The notes under the pieces are model-generated. The model was not told the origin of the DNA. It made no database searches and saw only the letters and a list, made by a program, of their open reading frames with translations. Made by a program: the position numbers and the translations under genes. A stretch of DNA of 58,866 bases from an uncultured Mycoplasma sp. (GTDB taxonomy: Bacteria; Bacillota_I; Bacilli_A; RF39; UBA660), in contig CANSFH010000005.1 of NCBI GenBank assembly GCA_947646115.1, positions 1-58,866 on the forward strand, written 5' to 3'. Of the stretch, positions 51,253 to 58,866 are shown piece by piece. Each line of letters begins with the position of its first letter. Positions within the stretch are counted from its first letter, which is position 1.

Positions 51253-52521
51253 CTATTTAAAATATTTAATTATTTCTTTAATTTCTACAACATCTACATT
51301 TTTAGTTTTTACATCTTCAATTTCATAATTAAGTCCATCAAATTTATTACCTAAAATAATCATTTTTGGTGTACCAAGTACCAATACATCATTAATTCTA
51401 TTTCCAATTGTTAAACTATCTCTATCATCAAGAACTGCTTTAATATTATTATCCTCTAAAACTTTATAAAGCTTTTCTGCTTCTTCCGTATTAGCTTCAT
51501 TATATATTATTTGTACTTTATAAGGGGCAATATCAAATGGTAAAACAAAACCTTTTATTTTATCATTATCTCGAATAACATTATTTTCAATAATTGAAGC
51601 AATAATTCTTCCAAGTCCAATTCCATAACATCCCATATAATAAGGTTTATCTTCACCATTTTCATCTTTAAAATAAAGTTTCATTGCTTCACTATATTTT
51701 GTACCTAATTGAAAGTTATTTCCTAATTCCACTGCATTATATTCTTTCAAATTACTTAAATCAGTTATTCCCAATTGTTTTAAATATTCATCTTTATTTG
51801 GGAAATCTAGTACTTCTTTATTAATACCTAAATTTCTAGTCTCATCAAATAATATTTTATCTTCGCCTAATCTTGTTGCGGCCTGAAATTCCTCTGCTAC
51901 ACTTCCCCCAATTACACCATTATCGCTAATAGTAGGCATTATTTTAACACCTAATCTTTTAAAAATATTTAAATATACTTGATGCATTAAATCATATGTT
52001 TTTTTCATATCTTCTTCTGATTTATCAAAAGAATAAGCATCCATCATCACAAATGTTCTTGGTCTAAATAAATATCCTCTCGTTCTTATTTCTTTACGGA
52101 ATTTATCCCCTATTTGATAATATATCGCTGGTAAATTTTTATAAGAAGCAAGTCTATTAGCTCCAAAAAGAGTTGCACATTCTTCTGCTGTCGGAGCAAG
52201 ACCATACTCCCCAAGATTATTATCTAAAGTGAACATTATATCGCCTTCTTTTGTATACATATCCCATCTATTAGATTGCTCCCATATTTTTTTAGGTTGC
52301 AATTTAGGAAATTCAACTTGTATTGCATCTACTTTATCTAATTCTTCAATAATAACATTTTCTACAGCTCTTTCTAATTTAGTCCAAAGATTACCATAAC
52401 CATAAATACCGCTTTCAAATTGATACAATTCCCCTAATTTCATTAAAATATCTTGACCCGAATAATTTTTATCAATGTCATTTAAACTAATTTTTTTAAT
52501 ATTTAATCTACTTAATCTCAT
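51253..52521 (-). CDS. proS: Proline--tRNA ligase (short form without INS editing domain)
   Basis: LAPTAEE, KFRKEIRTR, DAYSF, ELGNNFQLGTKYS, MGCYGIG; preceded by a Pro T-box. Confidence 0.9.
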   Translation of the reverse strand: MRLSRLNIKKISLNDIDKNYSGQDILMKLGELYQFESGIYGYGNLWTKLERAVENVIIEELDKVDAIQVEFPKLQPKKIWEQSNRWDMYTKEGDIMFTLDNNLGEYGLAPTAEECATLFGANRLASYKNLPAIYYQIGDKFRKEIRTRGYLFRPRTFVMMDAYSFDKSEEDMKKTYDLMHQVYLNIFKRLGVKIMPTISDNGVIGGSVAEEFQAATRLGEDKILFDETRNLGINKEVLDFPNKDEYLKQLGITDLSNLKEYNAVELGNNFQLGTKYSEAMKLYFKDENGEDKPYYMGCYGIGLGRIIASIIENNVIRDNDKIKGFVLPFDIAPYKVQIIYNEANTEEAEKLYKVLEDNNIKAVLDDRDSLTIGNRINDVLVLGTPKMIILGNKFDGLNYEIEDVKTKNVDVVEIKEIIKYFK

Positions 52522-52585
52522 ATCTATTCTCCTTTTTTATTATCATATTTTATGACATAATCTTCTAAATGAAACCTAAATTAAA

Positions 52586-52774
52586 TAAAAAAGGACAACA
52601 CTAAGGAGTCAAAAAGACGGTGCCATCCTCTAATTTACTTAATTTACATAACGGTATTCCCGGAAACTATTAATTTCACTTTGAAGGTAGGAATTAAATA
52701 TCCCCATAACTTGTTCTCACTATCTCAAGCTCACTTATATGTTTTAATATTTAATATTCCTTCGTCATCGCTTT
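52586..52774 (-). ncRNA. T-box riboswitch (Pro specifier)
   Basis: T-box AGAGGATGGCACCG; terminator AGGATGGCAC/GTGTTGTCCT plus U-run; stem I base GAAGG/CCTTC with CCT specifier at 52689-52691. Confidence 0.8.
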
Positions 52775-53003
52775 ACAAAAATATTATAACAATACTTAAA
52801 TAAAATTACAAGCTTTAATTATATTATATATATTATTACATATTTTAAAAAATTAAGTTCTCTTACCATGATATCAAAATTATCTAAACAAATTATCTTT
52901 TATAATTTCTTAACAATCTACAAAATAAAACTACTTTACATTTAAATATTAAACATCAAATTATCATTTACTAAATTTACTTTAATATATTTTAACATAT
53001 TAA

Positions 53004-53026
53004 AACTCGAAATTTATATTCGAGTT
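53004..53026 (-). terminator. tRNA terminator
   Basis: AACTCGAA...TTCGAGTT hairpin downstream of the tRNA. Confidence 0.6.
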
Positions 53027-53038
53027 ACCTATTAATTA

Positions 53039-53124
53039 TGGTGCTTGTGGTGGGACTTGAACCCACACGAGTTTGACCTCGCCAGATTTTGAGTCTGGTG
53101 CGTCTACCATTCCGCCACACAAGC
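53039..53124 (-). tRNA. tRNA-Leu(CAA)
   Basis: GCTTGTG acceptor stem, CCAGA-CTCAAAA-TCTGG anticodon arm, long variable arm, GTTCAAG T-loop, encoded CCA. Confidence 0.97.
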
Positions 53125-53179
53125 AATTACAAAATAATTATATCATAAAAAAGAAAAAAAGACTATTAATTTAATAATC

Positions 53180-53545
53180 TTAATTTCTTATCACATCACC
53201 ACTATAATACCAAGTATTGCCAAATATATAAAAGCTTTTTATTAATTTACTACGATAAGGTAAATCTGAACTATCACAATCAAATCCATTACTATCACAA
53301 ACTGTAATTTTAGCAACTCCTGAACCTCCAGCATTTGCTTCAAACTTACACACATTCCCTATTTGCTTACCATCTTTTCCTACTTTACAACTATTTTCTA
53401 AAATTTGTATTACATATCCTGAAGTATTAGTCCAACTTGTATAATTATATTGGCTATATGGATCAACAGAAGTTTCCTTCTCTTCACATCCTGTAAGACA
53501 TACTAACAAACTAACTAAAAATAAACTCATAATAATTTTTTTCAT
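53180..53545 (-). CDS. Hypothetical lipoprotein
   Basis: Lipobox LTG|C. Confidence 0.75.
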   Translation of the reverse strand: MKKIIMSLFLVSLLVCLTGCEEKETSVDPYSQYNYTSWTNTSGYVIQILENSCKVGKDGKQIGNVCKFEANAGGSGVAKITVCDSNGFDCDSSDLPYRSKLIKSFYIFGNTWYYSGDVIRN

Positions 53546-53557
53546 AACATTATCCTT

Positions 53558-54268
53558 TTAATTAAAATCTGGTAATTTATCAACTTCTATAATATTATAA
53601 TTATCCAGAACTAATTGTTTATCATTCCAAATACTTTTACCCGTTAAATCATACAATGTTCCCTTTTTATCTACTAAAATATAACTTGTACCTCTTTCAA
53701 ATATTTTTGAATAAGTTGAATTATAATAAGTAATTTTACCTGCTGTAATAGATTTACCATTACTGTTTATTGTAAACTCTAAATGAGATTCTTCTTTACT
53801 GTTAGTATCTGTCATCCCCATACTTTGCTCATAAGCACTTGGAATTGCTAACTTATTATAAGTACCATCAACATTTAAAATATTATTTTCAACATTATAA
53901 GTACAGCTTCCTTGTATAGTAACAAGAGAGCCACTTTCAAATTTCACTTGACTAAAATAATAACACTCTTGATCTTTATATAAATTTATTAAAACTTCCG
54001 CTGCTAATTTTTCTCCATCCATCTTTGCTGTATATTTTTCTTTATAAATCTTCATATCTTCCATCCAAAAGTCATAATTATCAACACTAATTTTATATAA
54101 CTCCTCTTTATTCTCTAAATCTTTTTTATCTGTTACAGCATTATCATTATCAATATCAACATTATTTTTTGTATTACTAAAATCATAAAAATACATTCCT
54201 ACAAAGAAAACTCCTATAACAAATACCATTATAACTAAAATTATCACATTTTTATTTTTTTCTTTCAT
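53558..54268 (-). CDS. Hypothetical membrane-anchored protein
   Basis: GAGGTG RBS; MKEKNKN followed by a TM. Confidence 0.7.
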   Translation of the reverse strand: MKEKNKNVIILVIMVFVIGVFFVGMYFYDFSNTKNNVDIDNDNAVTDKKDLENKEELYKISVDNYDFWMEDMKIYKEKYTAKMDGEKLAAEVLINLYKDQECYYFSQVKFESGSLVTIQGSCTYNVENNILNVDGTYNKLAIPSAYEQSMGMTDTNSKEESHLEFTINSNGKSITAGKITYYNSTYSKIFERGTSYILVDKKGTLYDLTGKSIWNDKQLVLDNYNIIEVDKLPDFN

Positions 54269-54363
54269 AACTCTACACCTCAACAATATTTTATTAAAAA
54301 GATTATAGCATAACGAAAACAATAATTCAACTACCAGGCGACATTTTTATTTAAAAAAAAACA

Positions 54364-54606
54364 TTAATTGTTACTTATTTCATCAAATAAGTTTCTAATG
54401 TCTATATCTAAAGCTTCTGCAAATCTACCTAAAGCCTCTAAAGTTGGAGTTTTATCTACTTTTAAGCACTCTAAATCCCTTACATATTGAAATGTATATC
54501 CAGTCATTTCAGATAATTGTTGTGAAGTATAACCTTTAATTTTACGATACTTCTTTATATTAGTTCTAACCATTTTTGAAAGCTCTTCCTTGCTATATTT
54601 TTTCAT
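54364..54606 (-). CDS. XRE family HTH regulator
   Basis: NIKKYRK...TSQQLSE...PTLEALGRFAEAL. Confidence 0.9.
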   Translation of the reverse strand: MKKYSKEELSKMVRTNIKKYRKIKGYTSQQLSEMTGYTFQYVRDLECLKVDKTPTLEALGRFAEALDIDIRNLFDEISNN

Positions 54607-54701
54607 AGATAATCACCAACAATTCTATTAATAATTATCTCAAAAATAGCTATAAAAGTCTGTCGCCTACAAGTTTGGAAATCTAATAAAAAAAGTATTA
54701 T

Positions 54702-55319
54702 TTATTCCTCAATAATAATACCTTTATCTCTTAAAATATCAATAACATTAAGTATTGAAAGTTTTGATCCTACTAAATCATCCAAATTAATATTAACTCT
54801 ATTAAAATTACTAGTCTTAAGATCACAATCTTTAAAAATTGTATCAATAAAATTATCATCATTAAATTCACATTTATAAAACTCTATTCCTCTATACTTA
54901 TTATGACGATGAATATTATCTCTGAATGTAACATCATCAAGTTTTGAAATATCTAAAATTGTATTTTCTAATTTCGAATACTGAATTAACGATTCTTTAA
55001 AATGAGCATTATCTAATCTAGTTTCAAAAAAACTAACATTTGTAAATTTACAATCAAAAAATCTAACTTTACTCAAATTTGACTCTGTAAAGTTAACACC
55101 ATCAAACTCACAATTAATAAATTCTACTTTAGTAAAATAAGTATTATCAAAACTAACTTTATTAAATTTACAATTTTGAAAACAAACTTCTCGAATTGTT
55201 TGAAATTTCAAATATACATCTTGAATATTTTGACTTTTAAAAAACAAAAAATTAAATGTTATATCCAGAAAATCATTAAACTTCCCGTCTTGCAAATCAT
55301 GACTAAATTCCCACTTCAT
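54702..55319 (-). CDS. Pentapeptide repeat protein
   Basis: Regular F/L-xx-xx pentapeptide periodicity. Confidence 0.85.
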   Translation of the reverse strand: MKWEFSHDLQDGKFNDFLDITFNFLFFKSQNIQDVYLKFQTIREVCFQNCKFNKVSFDNTYFTKVEFINCEFDGVNFTESNLSKVRFFDCKFTNVSFFETRLDNAHFKESLIQYSKLENTILDISKLDDVTFRDNIHRHNKYRGIEFYKCEFNDDNFIDTIFKDCDLKTSNFNRVNINLDDLVGSKLSILNVIDILRDKGIIIEE

Positions 55320-55878
55320 TATCTTCCTCTTTATAAATTGATGTAAATAATTCTGTTTCAGCTTCTACACTCGAATTTTCTTCAAGTTCTGGTAATTCAT
55401 TCAAATTAGCAAGGCCAAACACATCTAAAAATTCATGGGTAGTACGATATAAATTTGGTCTACCTGGCATCTGTGATTTTCCCGCTTCTTTTACCAAACC
55501 TTTAGCCACTAACCTTCTAATAATATGTGTACTACTAACCCCTCTCATTTCATCAATTTCCACCCTTGTTATAGGTTGATTATAAGCAATAATCGCCAGC
55601 ACTTCTAAAGTTGAAGGAGTTAGAGTATTAGATTCAGGACTTTCAATTAATTTTTGATAATATTCTTTATGTTCTTCTTTGGTAGTTAATTTAAAAGCAT
55701 CCCCAAGATAACTTATCCTAATTCCTCTTTCTTCATTTTCATAATTATTTTTAAGTTTTAATAATAATTCTTTAGCTTCTTCCATATTAATAGCCATTAT
55801 TTCACATAAATTCTTTAAAGTAATACCTTCGTCACCAACAACAAATAAAATTCCTTCTAACACTCCTAATTTACTCAT
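55303..55878 (-). CDS. scpB: Segregation and condensation protein B
   Basis: LEVLAIIAYNQPITRVEIDEMRGV, GRPNLYRTT motifs. Confidence 0.96.
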   Translation of the reverse strand: MSKLGVLEGILFVVGDEGITLKNLCEIMAINMEEAKELLLKLKNNYENEERGIRISYLGDAFKLTTKEEHKEYYQKLIESPESNTLTPSTLEVLAIIAYNQPITRVEIDEMRGVSSTHIIRRLVAKGLVKEAGKSQMPGRPNLYRTTHEFLDVFGLANLNELPELEENSSVEAETELFTSIYKEEDNEVGI

Positions 55879-56605
55879 TTATATTCCTCCTTTCTATTAA
55901 AATCGGCTTAAAATTATCTTCCTGCGTCAAATTAATTTCTTCATTTTTACTCATTGTAAGAACTGACAAAAAAGTAACTATTAAAAAATCCCGGTTATTA
56001 TCCTCAAATAACTCTAAAAATTCTACTTTATCTCTAACTTGCAAAATTTTTCTAATATAATTAATTCTCTTTTCAATGCTATATTCTTTTTTTGTGATTT
56101 TTGTACTTAAAGGTTTTAAATATTTTTCACGAGCTTTAAAACTTTTCAAAGCATTAACTAAATCCTCTACTGAAACATCACCAAATTTTATATCCTTATT
56201 ATTAATTATTTCATCTAGTTTCATTGGACTTTTAGTATAAAAATTATTTCTTTTAAGTCTTTGCTCTTCTAATGATTCCGTTAACTTCTTATACTTTTCA
56301 TATTCTAATATTTTCCTTTTTAAATCTTCTTCAGACTCAATATGGAATTCATCATTATTATTTTCTTCTATCGTATCATCATTAACTAACATCTTACTTT
56401 TTAAATGAATTAATTCCGCGGCCATAACTAGATAGGAACTAGCAATATCAATATTTTTATTTTTTTCACTTTCAATAAAAGCCAAATATTCTTCTATTAT
56501 AACTTTAATATCAATTTCATAAATATCCATTTTAGAAGTTTTAACAAGATGTAAAAGAAGGTCTAAAGGACCCTCAAAATCATTTATGCAAAAGTTATAC
56601 TCCAT
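55871..56605 (-). CDS. scpA: Segregation and condensation protein A
   Basis: FEGPLDLLLHL, YLVMAA, VTFLSVL motifs. Confidence 0.96.
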   Translation of the reverse strand: MEYNFCINDFEGPLDLLLHLVKTSKMDIYEIDIKVIIEEYLAFIESEKNKNIDIASSYLVMAAELIHLKSKMLVNDDTIEENNNDEFHIESEEDLKRKILEYEKYKKLTESLEEQRLKRNNFYTKSPMKLDEIINNKDIKFGDVSVEDLVNALKSFKAREKYLKPLSTKITKKEYSIEKRINYIRKILQVRDKVEFLELFEDNNRDFLIVTFLSVLTMSKNEEINLTQEDNFKPILIERRNINE

Positions 56606-56627
56606 ATTCCCACCTACTTAAAAACTA

Positions 56628-57575
56628 TTATTTACAAGAAAAGCCTTGAGCTTCCATTTCAAATTTTACAACTTTAGGCTCTACACCTTCGCTAAATGAA
56701 TCAGCATTAAAAACATATAGCCTACTTGCTTCACTTAAATTAATATTTGTTGTTATATTATATCCTTCAGAATATTCAAACCAAGTTGAAACAATTCCTG
56801 TTTTACTGTTATAAGTATCAGATAATTTTTTATTACTTTCATAATTAGTTAAATAATCTGGTTGTGTTACCATATATGAAACTTCACTTGTAACTTCCTT
56901 CAAACTTTGGTTCATAAATTTATATGTAACTTTTTCATTTGCACTAGTACAAACCATTGCTGCACTTCCATCTTCATTTGTATTCAAAGTCACATTATTA
57001 TAATCATTAATTGTTTTAGATACTAAACCCACTAATCCTAAAGTATCCGCTGTAGTGTCCTTTAATTTTTTAGTTAATGAAATAGATAGTCCACTACCTA
57101 TCGAAGCTTCTCCAGTTATTTTTACTCTTTCCATTAATGTCTCTTCACTAGTATATAATTCCAGATAATAATTAAGTTCTTCAAATCTTACTGCTTCATT
57201 TCCATTGTTAGTAACTTTAAAACTTAAAGTTTTATTAACTTCATCTAAAACAAAATTATCCACTGTTATATCTTCATTCTCAATTTTTAAACTAGTCTCA
57301 AACTTCGATAATAAATCTGGTTCTTCTTCACCATCAGGATCAGGAATAGGAACCGGAGTTACTGGTTTTGGCTTAACTGGAGTTGTTGCCTTTGGATGTA
57401 AATATTCATCAACCATATTAGATATCTCTGGCAAAAAAACAATAAACATAACAAATATAGCTAAAATTAACACAATACCAACGGAACTTTTTTTACGATT
57501 TTCAAAAATCCCTATAGTAGTAGCTTTAAGTTCATTGTGTTCTAACTTTATATTTCTAATTTTCTTCTTTGCCAT
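56628..57575 (-). CDS. Hypothetical single-TM protein with Pro-rich linker
   Basis: TM followed by PVKPKPVTPVPIPDPD and external domains. Confidence 0.7.
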   Translation of the reverse strand: MAKKKIRNIKLEHNELKATTIGIFENRKKSSVGIVLILAIFVMFIVFLPEISNMVDEYLHPKATTPVKPKPVTPVPIPDPDGEEEPDLLSKFETSLKIENEDITVDNFVLDEVNKTLSFKVTNNGNEAVRFEELNYYLELYTSEETLMERVKITGEASIGSGLSISLTKKLKDTTADTLGLVGLVSKTINDYNNVTLNTNEDGSAAMVCTSANEKVTYKFMNQSLKEVTSEVSYMVTQPDYLTNYESNKKLSDTYNSKTGIVSTWFEYSEGYNITTNINLSEASRLYVFNADSFSEGVEPKVVKFEMEAQGFSCK

Positions 57576-57635
57576 CTTCCAACCTTCTTATCCATAATTA
57601 TTATAACAAAAATAAATTAAAATAAAAAGGATTAT

Positions 57636-57986
57636 TTAATCCTTTGGTTTAAAAATAAGTGCAAATAATGCCGCAAACACTACCGCACCTACTACAGCAG
57701 CTCCAGCCTTAACAAGCATTCCTGAAAATATTCCTAAAATTCCTAAACTTTTATATCCTTCATATGCCCCAACATAAAGTAAATAGCCAAAATTAGAAAT
57801 TATAGTAGTAGCTCCTCCACCAGCTAATTCAATAAGCTTTTCATATATTCCAAAAAAACCTAGTATTGCACCTAATACTGTAAACATAGCAGTTATATGT
57901 CCTGGAGTTAATTTTGTATTATCTAAAATAATCTGTGCTACGGCACAAAATAAACCTGCTACAATAAAAGCCCATATAAAAGTCAT
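57636..57986 (-). CDS. spoVAE: Stage V sporulation protein AE (SpoVAC/AE family)
   Basis: AFIVAGLFC...LTPGH...AGGGAT...NFG...FKPKD; follows spoVAD. Confidence 0.85.
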   Translation of the reverse strand: MTFIWAFIVAGLFCAVAQIILDNTKLTPGHITAMFTVLGAILGFFGIYEKLIELAGGGATTIISNFGYLLYVGAYEGYKSLGILGIFSGMLVKAGAAVVGAVVFAALFALIFKPKD

Positions 57987-58866
57987 TACATAACCTCCAA
58001 ACTAATAGCATGTGCTATTCCTGGTATTCCTAGTTTTTGATTAGCAAGTTGCACAGATTGTAATGAACCTGTTGCAATTACTAAAATCTTTTTATATTTT
58101 TTACAAGCTAATACCTTTTCAAATAATACTAATGGTAAAGCAACTGGGCCACTAGCTCCTGCATATGTTTCTTGAGCGTTAGTATATATTTCACAACCCG
58201 CATCCATATATTTTTTGATTCTTATATTATAAACTTTATCCAAAAGTTCTGTAAAAAGTTCTTTACCTACTCTACCTAAATCTCCTGTTACAATAATATC
58301 ATAATAATTAACATTTCTTTTCATTTCTACTAAATGTGTAGCAAGCGTTTCTGCTGCAGCAGGCGCCATTACTGCTCCCATATTATTGGCATCTTTAATT
58401 CCCATATCTACAACTTTACCTATAGTTCCACTTTCGATTTTAATATTTGTAACATCACTAGTTATCAAAGTGGCAACCGCAGCCGTTGTGGTAAACGTTG
58501 TTGTATGTTTTTTTACTGCTCCATATTCTACAGGATATCTAAATTGTCTTTCTGCATTTAAATTATGACTACTAGTTATCGCAACTATATTTTTTGCTAG
58601 TTTTCCACTAATCAAAGTTGAACCTATAATCAGCTCTTCCAAATACGTTGCACAAGCACTATACACTCCTAAATAAGGGATATGATATTTGCTAGCATTG
58701 TAACTAGATATACTTATTTGATTAATTAAATCTCCTCCAAGTAAAGCATCAATTTTACTTTCACTTAACTTATTATGCGCTAAAATATTATCCATTACCA
58801 CTTTTTGCATCTTTATTTCTGCTTGTTCAAAAGTTTTTTCACCATAATAATAATCATCCATAACTA
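57986..58866 (-). CDS. spoVAD: Stage V sporulation protein AD (5' truncated by window edge)
   Basis: GDLINQ, AERQFRYPVEYG, MGAVMAPAAA, TGDLG, PGIAHA motifs. Confidence 0.93.
   Translation of the reverse strand, partial: VMDDYYYGEKTFEQAEIKMQKVVMDNILAHNKLSESKIDALLGGDLINQISISSYNASKYHIPYLGVYSACATYLEELIIGSTLISGKLAKNIVAITSSHNLNAERQFRYPVEYGAVKKHTTTFTTTAAVATLITSDVTNIKIESGTIGKVVDMGIKDANNMGAVMAPAAAETLATHLVEMKRNVNYYDIIVTGDLGRVGKELFTELLDKVYNIRIKKYMDAGCEIYTNAQETYAGASGPVALPLVLFEKVLACKKYKKILVIATGSLQSVQLANQKLGIPGIAHAISLEVM

Noticed and set aside
53039-54700. tRNA-anchored genomic island or prophage
   Set aside because: The accessory genes lie on the 5' side of the tRNA; no integrase or duplicated tRNA 3' end was seen
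5633-58568. Short antisense ORFs in the track (e.g. 5633, 5852, 13804, 14330, 21300, 21770, 22677, 34068, 35575, 39293, 40583, 41670, 43294, 43600, 45424, 57205, 58334, 58386)
   Set aside because: Shadow frames opposite well-supported genes, with no recognisable motifs
1-58866. DGR template repeat / reverse transcriptase
   Set aside because: No ORF with RT motifs (YxDD in RT context) and no AAC-rich non-coding copy of the VR were seen; the GTTGTTGTT near 568 encodes a Thr run within the gene
1-58866. Alternative genetic code (UGA=Trp)
   Set aside because: Conserved genes translate fully in code 11 with TGG for Trp; TGA acts as a stop at 44378-44380

Overview
AT-rich (roughly 25% GC by eye) chromosomal window from a Bacillota genome using the standard genetic code. 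Gene content suggests a reduced, uncultured Bacilli lineage such as RF39/UBA660; this is inference. Housekeeping genes include trmL, rnj, rny, recA, rpsD, lexA, an M16 peptidase pair, a U32 protein, rmuC, obgE, proS with a T-box, tRNA-Leu(CAA) and scpAB. The window also has a Ku + ATP-dependent ligase NHEJ pair, spoVAD/spoVAE and a canonical Tad/Flp pilus cluster. Most notable: (1) Two dispersed paralogous surface proteins (156..1382, 25479..26744) end in a CLec-like C-terminal domain. The first has a sharply GC-rich segment full of NNC/NNT codons that looks like the variable region of a diversity-generating retroelement (DGR) target, but no RT or TR is visible in the window. The two genes share a conserved upstream block with Spo0A-box-like motifs. 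One is followed by a SipW/TasA-type signal-peptide gene; the other faces a double-HTH XRE regulator frameshifted at an A7 tract. (2) A second pilin-like operon has a non-canonical MKEAxG leader plus a CpaE-like gene. (3) An unannotated candidate type I toxin-antitoxin locus lies at about 13.1-13.36 kb. (4) A VirD4/HerA-like ATPase is paired with a Cys-rich repeat gene. No CRISPR array, integrase or transposase was seen.
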